Positions 11,910 through 23,618 of a stretch of 60,649 nucleotides of DNA are shown piece after piece (position 1 is the first letter of the stretch; each line of letters starts with the position of its first letter). The stretch is from Seison nebaliae. Lineage: Eukaryota. Location: the NCBI GenBank assembly GCA_023231475.1, contig JALJEE010000037.1, positions 1-60,649 of the forward strand. Reading direction: 5' to 3'. The notes under the pieces were generated by a model that saw only the letters and a program-made list of their open reading frames with translations, ran no database searches and was not told the DNA's origin. The position numbers were made by a program, and so were the translations under genes.

Positions 11910-13800
11910 TGGGAACGAACGAATGAGATTATTTGATGACAAATGATAATTTGATACATTCTCTCACGAATAAATGTTGAAAATGTTCAAAGAGAATTGC
12001 TTCCAACCTTTGGATAAATATTGAATTCTACTTTAATCATTTATGCACAAGAAGAATATGAATAGGAAGAAGTGCAATAACAATAAAAGAGGATTGTTAT
12101 AGATTTCCTGACGGAATCAAATTATTCTTCAATATGAAAATTTCAAATCTTCAACATTCTCTTATGATTCGTATGATTGTGATGATTAGGGAGGGGGATG
12201 AAAGAAGAAAAGTAAAGGAATTATCCCGTATGTACAAATGGAGGAGGAATTCACCAGATCTATATGCGCAGTGCTTGTGCATCAAACGAGCAACGGGGAA
12301 TGTGCGGCTATGCAACCAAAAAATTTTTGAATGAACATGCCTTCATATGAATACGAATTGTCATTCTAGAATGATGTGTAAAAGGCGTGGGTGGAAAATA
12401 CAATAAAAAAGAATTATACAATTGACTACAACTCTTAAAATACGATAGATGTCCTTCAGACTAACTCCTCTTGAAGCGACATTCCTTATTACATATTCGT
12501 CTTCCTCCTATAGATGAATTCTCTTTCATCTTTTCTCCCTTCGTCCTTCCACTTCCATTCCTCCGCGAATTCATTAACAATTATTAATAAATATTAAACA
12601 ACATATGTGTACAGAGCCTCTATGTACATTTGGTGCGAAGTGGATCAAATTTTAGGTTTCACCTTCTCCTCTTTGACATGTTTCACACACCAACTCTTGC
12701 CATGTAGATGCAGTTAAATAAAAGTATGTAGCATCTATTGACATAAAACAGAGAATTCATTCCCCATAAAAAGTGAGCGCCATTCGGAATTATGAGAATT
12801 ATGTTCTTACTCTGTAGACTTCAAGCATGGTAAATAGTTCACAGAACAGCACCATATCAAGAATTCAGTAGAAGTAATTATTCTTCGGTTTTCATGATTT
12901 ATTTTTTATTTATTATTAATGGTCGAGATCTATTTATGACTCAACGCATAGAACTCTATCATGAATAATCTCATATAATACATGAGGCCTTAGATGCATC
13001 CAAATGTGGAACGATAAAACAAATGATGAAGAAACAAGATAGTAAATATATAAACATCATCACAAAAATCATCATAAACAACATCAATATTTATACAACA
13101 CACTACATTCATCTCGCGGACAATAGCAGACAATTTATGTCCTTTATTTCTATAAAAGTTTTTGATTTTATCTATTCTCCTCAAATCTACTTTTGTCAAT
13201 TCTGGTCTTTACTCCATTTCACTCTTTTGACTAGATCGTTTCTGTTATTTTCGTTCATTAACATTTGGTGATACTTCGTCAGCCTTATGCAGTGAATTCT
13301 TCTATTATTTATCCATCTTCAAAATTTGGACGAAAATTTGATGAACTTATGATTTCCTGCAATTGGAATTGAATCAGCATTAAATCAAATGTTTTCCTCT
13401 AAACTGAAATAAATTCGAAATGAACATTAAATTTCCATCAAATCGAGAGATTTTTATAGAACTTCATATCCATTTAAAGAATTTTTTTTCCTATTATTCC
13501 TTTCTGCTTCACTTATATGACGAACTACAAATCCTTCCAAATTATCAGTGGAAATATCATATATTATTAGAAAGTAAATAGAAAGGATAGTAAGAAAATT
13601 ATTTTTCCATTTGATTAAAATAGCAAATGGGATTTGATAATTATGAAAGAGTTAAAGAAATTTGAGAAATGCATAGAAGACCCATTGATGGATATGTGGG
13701 AGGAGAATAAAATATTAAGAGATCGCCAACATTAAATATTTCAGAATATCATATGAATCCAAGAAAATAATAATATGATATTGCATTGAATCGTTCAAAA

Positions 13801-16066
13801 TCAATGTCGATACATTTCACCAACGAATATTGCGAACATAATTGAAAGTGCCAAATGTCCAGCCGTTAAAGCGGGAATCAAAATCTTCAAGAATGTATTC
13901 TGAGAACGACGGTCATTAACTGAAAGTATGAATGAATTGTTTAGAAAAGATTAAAATGAATCAACGAACGTTCGGCTCTACGTCGGAAAATGAGAGCGGC
14001 TTCATGCAACACCAGAAATGTCAAGAACATGACAAGAGCCATTATCGCAAGAATATGTACATTAAAATCAGTTTTTGTCGGTTTGTGGAAATAAGTACCG
14101 ATAATTATATTGACATCTAGTTTTGAATAATGAAATAGAAAATAGAATGCGTTCCAAAAAATCAAACATGCCAATATGATGCCCGTTAATCCAGACAAGC
14201 GATGTACCCAATTAAATACTTTTCTTCCTTTCGCGCCTACATTTGGTCGAAAAATCCCACCAATCGGCTATTTAAATGAATGTAAATAAGAAGAGAAGTC
14301 AATATATAAACATTTATGATAGCCACAATTAACGCAATCATTCCAATGATAGAATGAGCGAAAAGTTTCTTATAAGAACTTTTGACCCATTTGCCATGTA
14401 GTTGAACAAGAATTAAAATGAAACCAATCCAGGCTATTATTGAACCACAAATCATTAATGATACATGACCCTGGATAAGATTATAAATATATTATACAGT
14501 ATGAAACAGAATAATTAACCAGGAACCAAGCTGCTTTTCCTAGAAGCAATGATTTGGCCAAACTTACACGATGATAACGTGCGAGAAAGAATCCTAACGG
14601 TATCAATACATACCATGCAGTGAGCATTAAAATGACTGAAATTTTACAAATTAGTAAAATTGTCTTAATAATTCTCATGATAATACAAACTGTGAGGAAT
14701 AACATAATTCGTCTTACCAGCTCCGTTTAATATTCGGTAGTCGGATGATAAGAGATCGATTTTATCCTTTGTCAAAAAATGATAATCTTCTCCATGTCCA
14801 CCAATCGATCCTAATAAATTGAATAAAATTTAAATAATTAATATCAATCAATATAATCATTGAATTAACCGTCTGATCTAACATTTCCTCGTACACCAAT
14901 TAAATGAGTTCCAGAGGAATCGATGCTTCTTTTCATTCGTTCGCTTGTGAGAAATTGGTCAGGATTCATTTCAAATTCACAAGCAATTTCATTACCAGTC
15001 CAAGTATTGATATTAGTGATTCCATTACTTTCTTTTGTAATACTTGCTTCATGACCTTTTGGATTGTAGAAAGTTCCCACAGACACTTTTCCCTTACTAT
15101 CTTTTTGACAGGTGAAAACAGTATCTCGACCCATTTTCTTATCATCAGACAATCCGATAGCGAGATATTTCGAATTTTCTCCTTTCATAATCATTCTCAT
15201 TTTTAAATCAGTTTCACCTATCTTACTCCAACCGACGGAGAATTCACAATCAGCACCATTGCAGGATGATGGATAGTTGAAGCAAGTCTGATTCTTCCCA
15301 CACATTTCAAAATGATTTTCACGATCGTATTTTTCTGTATTAGAAGTGACAACTGGTTTACTATAAAATTTATAAAAATCATCTTTCCTGAATATGAATT
15401 AAACTTTACAACGTTATCAGGTTCAGTTGTACCAGCCAAATTTGTGAGTACTGCTGATTTTTTGTTAATCCAGAACTTTGAGAAACTTTCCACTATCGTC
15501 ACTCTAAAGATAATTCAGTGGAAAATTGTCTAGTTGGAAAAATAGTTCTAACAGAAACTCAATTTCTCGTTCATCGCCGTTATAATCCCAATACACAGTA
15601 AGACTTTTATGTCCTGAAAGTCTTTTTTTGTGGACCAATGCCTTTATAGAAGGAAAAGATATCAGATAAGTAAAAATATTCCAAAATGAACTGATGAATC
15701 GCCACACGACCTTTTACCATAATCACTTTGATATGAATCCCAATCTCCAATCGGAGTATTTCCATTTTTTGGGACGGCACGAAGAAAGATTCCTTTAAAC
15801 TCATTGTTATGTTTTATCTGCACTAAATTCCATATGTCACATCGAAAAGAGAGAGAAGAAAGCTAAAAAAAACCTGCAACTTGTTCGCCCTTCTTGAATT
15901 GGGCTTGACCTAGAGTTATTTTGGGATATGCTCCTGTTGGCTGGGCGACACCTTTATGAGAAGGAACTCCACTCTGACATATTGATTCGGGCAACGTAAG
16001 GCCGTCAGGATAAGACAATGATAATTTAATGAGAAATATGGCGATAATTATTCTTTTCTCAATCAT
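13801..16066 (-). CDS. FRRS1: Ferric-chelate reductase 1-like (signal peptide, Reeler, DOMON, cytochrome b561); 10 exons
   Basis: Signal peptide then YPDG...C...VPSH (Reeler), CGKNQTC..YPSSC, YLAIGLSDDKKMG (DOMON), and b561 helices with His residues (IPH, GHV, AHS, WVHR) and PIGGIFRP. Nine introns keep the frame. Confidence 0.9.
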
Positions 16067-16794
16067 ATTTCGAAAAATATAGTACTAGTTGTAATTATGG
16101 GAAATAAAGTTTCTAAAGAAAAGTAAGAATGTGAAAATATAGGGTCGGTATGAAAATTTGGGAAATTAATCATTTTCCTTGACGATTTGAATGTGATCAA
16201 TATTGAACGAAAAAGAACTGAACTATATTCATTTTTAAATTATTGTTCATGGGAAGAGAGTTAATTGCATATGGAAGAAAATCACATTCCTCTTACAAAT
16301 GTACAATTGATGATAGAATATAGGAATAATTTCTCCCCTTTTAAAACTTAACTTCTCCCTCTTTCTAGAAAAATTGTAAGGTTGAGCCTTTGTCCTCCCC
16401 TTTTTCTCATCATATATCATGTACGATAGAGAAGAAATTCTTTTTACATTCTTTTCACTCTATTTTCAATTAAATCAATTTTCATTAATGTTCATTATTA
16501 TCTCATAGTCAACAGGTGTATGTTGCGTGAACATCACACAGTGAGAGTAGTTTAAAAAAGGGTGGACAATCATTGAGACCAGAGTCCAACGGAGAAATAA
16601 GTCATAAAGGAAATTAGTGTAAATCACACAATTTATTAACAAATTGATTAAAGAACGATAGAAGAAATGAGAGAATACATTTGAAGGAAATGACATCCTT
16701 AGAATACAGATAATAAAATGAATGAAATAAATTAGAATGTGGCTCATTGTTGATTGATGACGTCGAAATGACGAACATTGAATCGAAAACATCG

Positions 16795-18302
16795 TCACAG
16801 AATTATTTCGTTACGATGACTAATCGTGATATGTTTTCTAGGAAGTATAATCGAATTATTGATATGTATGAAAGAATCAATTCGCACATTTCGACCGATG
16901 ACCGCTACACTCGGATTTAAAATTCCTTCTTCATTAAACAATGGCAAATGTTCTAATTTTCCAAACGGTCTATTAGCGTCTGGTGTTAAAAGTTCACCTT
17001 CAATGCGACTCCATTCTCCTACGTGACTATTCCATCCAATGATGGAACATCTTATTAGAGAATGTGCCTCTATTTCCACTCCACGTAGAATGATGGATTC
17101 TCTTATTCGAACACCTTTCTTCACAATTACATTCGCTCCGATTGATACGTTGGGACCGATGATAGCTGTTGGGTCAACAACTGCAGACGGATGAATGAAC
17201 ACATCTTCTATCAATTTCAAATTTTCTTTATCGTTTCCCTCATTTTTTATTGTTGACGATAAAATATATCGATTGGCATAAATGGCAGAACTGAGAGAGA
17301 ATTAACTAGACAAATTAAATTGAGAAAAATTACCTTGGAGATTTTATTTGAGACCAGAAGTCGGAGGTTGAGAACGAATATAAATGTGTCGAATTACCTG
17401 TATGTTGATTGAAGACATCAGATTCGAAGAATAATGTTTCTGGAACTGTAATCAAAGGATTATCTTTCCTTTTCAATCGATAATTGATAAAAAATAAGAA
17501 AAGAAGAAAATAAACTTTCGGAGATAAGCATTCTTCAAAATTCTTATAACATTTTCAGCGAGTGAAGCAATTTGGAAAACATACACTCCACAATTGATGA
17601 ATCGACTTAAAAATCTTTCAGGCTTCTCTACAAAATGCAGAATTCGCCTGGTCTCCGAATCAATGACAACACATCCATAATTATTCGCTTGTGATTCATT
17701 AGCTTCTGTTGTCAACATACAACCCATCGCTTCTTCATCTTTTTCGAATTGATTACGATGAAATTTCAACATATTTCCCAACGGTAAACGTCCACAAACA
17801 TCTCCGTTTATAACGATCAATTCCTGTACACCTGAATCGACGATAACTTCACGAAAATGATAAATTCCACCAGCTGTACCTAAAGTGGTAAATTCATGTA
17901 AATATCTGAAAGAGTTGAGTGATAGGAATAAGGGGAAAATGATCTCCAACTTCAGAGAAATATTCAATTCGTTCGAAGTATTTTGGATGAATAATTCGAT
18001 TCTTTCCACTTCTCCATATTGACCAATCAAGAGAATTTCACCTAATTCTTCTTCAGGAATCTATTACGTAAATTACATTAGCTGTTAATATCAGTCCTTT
18101 ATAACTTCTTCTTTTACTTGTTTGATAATATGATAAATAATCGGTTTATCAGCAATCGGAAATAAGGGTTTGGGCACATCCAAAGACAATGGTCGAAATC
18201 TCGTTCCTGGATAAAAATGTTGATATGAGACTTCTGATAAACATAAAATGAACCCTTCGAATCAGAACCTATTAATATTACTACCTTAACTCTCTTTACC
18301 AT
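16795..18302 (-). CDS. GMPPA: Mannose-1-phosphate guanyltransferase alpha (6 exons)
   Basis: [50 protein letters not shown]...[21 protein letters not shown], hexapeptide repeats and C-terminal NEIIL, which is alpha-subunit-like. Confidence 0.93.
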
Positions 18303-19476
18303 TTTTCATTCACTGATTATTGCCATTCAATAATTATTCGACGTGGTTCAAGCTAAATCTTCAACAAACTAAGTGTATTAAAATTGAATTCTATCTTACG
18401 ATATTTCCTACCAAATTGGTAGTACCAATTCAATATAATTTTCAAGAGGTAATAACGAAGAATGATATCAGATTGTTTTTCTTTGACACTTACAAGTTAA
18501 ATTTTTTGTTTGTTAAATTATTATACATTTTGTTAAACTAAAATTTATGGTCAGGTTTAATTTCCTCCTTAAAAAACTGTTATATATTATAGGATTTTTC
18601 CCTTATTATTATAATTAATTTTGTCAGTGTTTGGCACGAACATTTAAAAAATATAAAAATATTTGTAAGCTGGTTATCGCTTTCCCGGTTAGACTTACCT
18701 AACGAAAGAGTAGAGGACTAATAAAGTTATTCGTAGGAAAGAAGTTTAGAAAGATAGTTAACTATATATGAGATTTTTAAATGATTAATTTGTTGGAATG
18801 GTTCTAAAAATCTTCCTCAAACACATGTAATCATCGCTTAATTATCAGGAGACTTAGAATGTATTACGAGTACAACGGTGACTTCGATATTAATGTTTGA
18901 ATGAGTTGTAAATTTCGTGCTGATAAGAAGATTTATACTATTAAACTCTCATAAATCATTGGTATCAATCATTCAGTTGATGTAACTTCCTTACTGTATG
19001 TTTCATAGTTATTACATATGAAGGTTGGATGAAGATTGCTTACGCTATATCAAATTTATTAACACTTATGATAAGCAACAACATCTTCCTCAAACTGGAA
19101 CATTTATTAGATGGACTATGGATTGAAGAGATGAAATTGAACTTGGTGAAGTTGTGAAAAGTTTTAGTGCATGTTATAAATATAATCCTCCTAAATGATA
19201 TTTAACAAAAGTACAATTCCTCATCGTGGTCGATGAGAAGAAAGTCTATTTTCCATCCTCTATCAAACTTGCATTTACTCACATTTTATTCGTTTCGACT
19301 TTCTTCTTATTGAAATTCTTATGTATAGGATGTCTTATGCAGATTAAAGAACTGAAACAACGATATCCATTAACCGGAAGGTTATTAAGTGAAATTTAAT
19401 AGTACGTAATAATACGTAAGTAAATTTAATAAAAGAAACTAATAACAATTAATATTCAATCTAAGGATTAATGGGG

Positions 19477-22400
19477 TTAGTTCGAGTGTTTTGAATAGTT
19501 CATAAATGACGAGTCATTATCAAGATATGAATCGTCTCCTCCTTTCATCAATAAGCTCAATCCGGTAGATTTGGTGACAAACGGAGTCTTTCTGTTGTAA
19601 GTCGATGGCTTGATTCGAATCAATGGTAATTGATTCATTCCGTAGTTGATGGTGTTCGATGATCTTGTGCACTTAACTTCAGAATACTTTGCTTTTTCAC
19701 CTAATTGTTGAATTAATTGTTGTGCATCAGATGATTTTTTAATATAAGTTCGACGTTTTTCGCTATTCCTCTCAGAAGAATTACTGAATGTTTCAACTCC
19801 TTCTGATGTATCCAAATGTTTATCGTTCATGGAAAGAGTAGAAACCTTTTCAGCGAAATCGTCATCATCATCTTCAGTTTCTTTATAATTGTTACTTCTC
19901 ATTTCTGTCTTCAATGGAGACTTATCAGACGATGAACTAATCACAGACTCGATTACATCTTCATTATCCTGGTCCGTTATTTCAGAAATATGACCACCAA
20001 GTTCACTCCGATTAAAATTTTGTTCGTTATCTTCTAATTCTTCTTCGTTCCTCGTTGTCATTTCAGTAACGTTTGTTAAGGATGCCATTGTCGATTTGGT
20101 GAATGATCTGTGATGTGTATTCCTTTTTTGAGATCTGATCATTTTCGATGAGAATGTATCGTTTGTTCCTAATTTATTTGCATTTCTAGGCATTATCGGT
20201 GGTCGATCAACATTCTCCGTTGAATAATGTTGTCTCAATAAAGACATTCCAACAACTTCACCCGTCAACGAAATAACCGGATCATTCTTACATAATTCCT
20301 CTTCTAGTTGTTCTCCATCTTCTTCCTCTTCCTCATCTTCTTCTTCTTCTTCTCCGTCTTCTTCATCTTCATCATTCTCATCAGTTTTATTCGATTCTAA
20401 TTTGGCAATTAAAGTTGAATGTTGATTTTGGAGTTCTTTTGGTAAGATATTCTTGTAATGTTTAAGATGAGTTCCATAATTCTTAATTAATTGTCATTAA
20501 TAATCAAAATGAATAAATATGTTAACCATTTTCAAAGCGATCTCTCGCATTTGGCGAGAAGAAAATAAACTATAAAGTATTCCATTAATATAAACGAATA
20601 ACTATAATCGAAGAATAAAAATAAAAAAATATCATTTTTATATAGTAAAAAAAAGAACATTTCCAACTTGAACATTATTTTCCGTCATTAATTTTGATAA
20701 AATGACCAATAATTCTTCAGCTCTATCGGCATCATCTAAAAGCTTCTCTATTCCACTCTTTCGTAATAGAAGATTGAGCAATAGAGCAATTCCATATTCA
20801 CGGGAATAATCACTAATTTCTTCTAAATTTTTGAATTCGTCAATCGTCCAAGGGATGAGATCCGCCTCAATTTCTTGTTGACGAACAGCAATCTTGAGGC
20901 TCATTTTCTGCAAAGTCGCCAATAACATTTCTTTCGTCGGTTTCACAATTTTTTCGAATTTTTGATAATATTCCCTCGATTTCATTATAACGGTCATCAC
21001 ATGAATTAATTCAGCCGACGACGATAGATATGCACAACCGACGGACAAAGAAGCAATCGTGTTGAATAAACGTGCAAACATTTGTCTTTTCATTAAAAAC
21101 TTCTCCAATTCAAAATCATTTAATTCACCCAAATCCTCTCCCGTTAATTCGATCAATATTTGAGCTCCGTGACTATCTTCTACAACTGTATCTGTTCATA
21201 TTGGAATATATTATTATATTCATAGAAATAGTAAAAACATCAAAAAACCTTTTAAATCGAAAACTCTTTGACGACAACCGAATATATCATTATTAATTAG
21301 ACAATTAACGAAATGCTCCCGTATCTGGAGAGCATCAACTCGAAAGTTTGGTACATCCATCATCGGATCGATTAATAATGTTGGTTCAATGATAATATCT
21401 CGTAAAATTTGTAGAATTAATAATTTCTCGCGTTGATTATCACCAGTTAATGTATTTCTTATTTTCGTCCAGTTGAACATTGTAATACTCTCATAAAAGT
21501 GACGTTGATCAGAACTTAATCGATTTGTCTGTCCTCCAGATCCGTTAGTCACATTGTCTTGGAAGAGATGGATGCCACTCTGAGACATTTTCACTTGACT
21601 CTCTCTTAACACAGTTGATGCCGTCATTAAATTCCGATCTTCTTCTACGGGAAAAGCATTCATACTAATATCAGTGAAATGATCTTGATTACAAATCCGT
21701 TCGCAAATACCTCGAAAACGACTCTCGTGTAAATATTCGGATGTAGCACCACCATGAGATAGATGTTGTTGCAACACATCAACTAAATCGGCCGCAACTC
21801 CGAGAATGTTTTCATAATTCTTTTTGAGCAAATCGATTTTATGTCTCATAATTTTGCTCTCATCTAATCGATCAGCTAAAACGGATTTCTGTTCGTAATG
21901 TATTTGTTTCAATAAATCATTTCTTAATAAACGACACCAATTCGATGTGAATAAATGTTGGAATGCTGTATGACTCTGTGGTCTCGGGATATGAGGAAGT
22001 GCACAAAGCGATAGATATTTTTGATTATCCAATTGATGTCCTTTCTGTTCGATGAACGTTTGGAAACTTGCCATTCTCTCTTCGAGACCTCTTTTGAATT
22101 TCCTCGTCGAATATCGGTAAGGAAAAATTGCGAAATGAACATGAAGATTAAATTCCAATTCCTTCACTTGCTTTGGTGCTTTCCATAATCTGAAAAATTT
22201 TATTTCAGATCCATTATCAAAAGCTTTTATTAATTCATTCTTTAACTCAACATGAAATTTAATAATCAGAATTCTCAAAAGTAACTTGATATGCCACTTT
22301 CTGAGGATTCTGTTGGAGACGAACAAACGACAAATTTCTCTTCCCACATTCCAAGCGGAATGTCTTGGCAGAATCTTCATATTTATTCTTATCCAAATAC

Positions 22401-22479
22401 TGAAATCAAATAAGAGATTTTAAATCAGAAAAGAATTTGTAACATCCAAAATTAAAGAAATTATTGTTCCAGAAGACAT
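19477..22479 (-). CDS. ARMC9: LisH domain-containing ciliary protein ARMC9 (6 exons)
   Basis: Spliced LisH motif ISLILDYLDKNKYEDSAKTFRLEC; LEFNLHVHFAIFP; ALPHIPRPQSHTAFQHLF; RQMFARLFNTIASLSVGCAYL; LLATLQKMSL; SDYSREYGIALLLNLLLR; YINGILYSL; acidic stretch. Confidence 0.9.
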
Positions 22480-22530
22480 ATTTGGTCAGAAAATAAATAA
22501 TTTTCAGATAATGGATTACTACAATGACTC

Positions 22531-22544
22531 ATTACCATAGACAC
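22531..22544 (-). promoter_or_regulatory. Candidate RFX X-box in the ARMC9/RPS11 divergent promoter
   Basis: GTGTCTATGGTAAT (minus strand) approximates GTHNYY-AT-RRNAAC with two mismatches, ~50 bp upstream of the ATG of ciliary ARMC9. Confidence 0.45.
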
Positions 22545-22702
22545 AATTTTCGAATAGATAAATGATAATAACGAATTGATAAGATGATGTGAAAAAATTT
22601 TTCTAAAATTCAAATTTGAATTTTTACACATTTGTCTTAACAACAACAGTAGCGTTTGGCTTTAGATAAAGAAAATTTCTTCTAATCAAGATTCGTTGAA
22701 TA

Positions 22703-23532
22703 ATGTCTGAACAAGTTCATTTATCACACAAATTTTGTTTCTCTCTAATATCGATGTCACTGTTAATTGCAGACAGAAAAGTCGTTTCAGAAGCAACCAA
22801 CAATTTGCCTGTCAAAAAAGGAACTTCTCAAGAACCACAAAGCGTCCGTTCCTCGATACACGAAGAATATCGGTTTAGGTTATAAGATACCTGCCGATGC
22901 TGTCAAAGGAACATATGTCGACAAGAAATGTCCATATGCAGGAAATGTGGCGATTCGCGGTCGTATTTTGAGAGGACGTGTTTTAAAGATGAAAATGCAA
23001 AGAACCATTATCATTCGACGAGATTATCTCCATTACGTGAAAAAATATAACCGATTCGAGAAGCGTCACACAAATATGCCAGTCCACTGTAGTCCTTGTT
23101 TCCGGTTAATTTTATTATTCAATCATCACATCTCTTCACCATTTTACCCACAATAATTTTACCCAATAATTTTTCTTACAAGAATCCCAATAATTAACTG
23201 GGGAGTCAATTGTGGCAAATTAAATATTTCATTCGAAATCATGTCAATCGATCTTCTCTATTATCCATATCAATTCGATATTGGTTAAATAGGAAATGTT
23301 CATAGAACTGATTTTGGAAGAATTGACATTTTTTAATTGAAAAATTTTTTTTTATTCTCAAAGTATTTTTTCTACTTCTAATTTCAAATTCTTCTTTTTC
23401 CATTTCAGTGATATCAAAATCGGAGACATGGTAACAATCGGAGAATGTCGACCATTGAGTAAAACGGTGAAATTTAACGTGTTGAAAGTGTCGAACGTTG
23501 GAGGAAAGAAGAAACAATTTAAGAAGTTTTAA
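22703..23532 (+). CDS. RPS11: 40S ribosomal protein S11 (uS17); exons 22703-22714, 22773-23104, 23409-23532
   Basis: [12 protein letters not shown]...[84 protein letters not shown]. Confidence 0.98.
23148..23331 (+). ncRNA. Possible H/ACA snoRNA in RPS11 intron 2
   Basis: The 304-nt intron is unusually long for this genome. It shows hairpin CCACAAT..ATTGTGG, an ANANNA box (AAATTA 23217-23222), a second hairpin (TCAAT..CTTC/GAAG..ATTGA) and ACA at 23326-23328. Confidence 0.3.
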
Positions 23533-23618
23533 GAAAATTGATTTATATTTCTATTTTTGTTCGAAATAAAAAGAAATTTTGCGAATTAAATTCGATCTCT
23601 GATCGTCTCGTTAAGTTC

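Noticed and set aside
12990..13700. Possible secreted-peptide gene downstream of FRRS1
   Set aside because: There is a hydrophobic stretch and a GTT intron candidate, but no in-frame ATG or coherent product.
18691..18703. ACTTACCT resembling the U1 snRNA 5' end
   Set aside because: No U1 stem-loops or Sm site follow. No snRNA gene was found in the window.
18700..19300. Decayed ORF-like stretch between GMPPA and ARMC9
   Set aside because: Interrupted by stops in all frames, with no recognisable homology.
23543..23618. DUR3 stop at 23543 as in the ORF track (10 bp from the RPS11 stop)
   Set aside because: A final GTT-AG intron shifts the frame to the DUR3-like last TM helix and gives a stop at 23619-23621.
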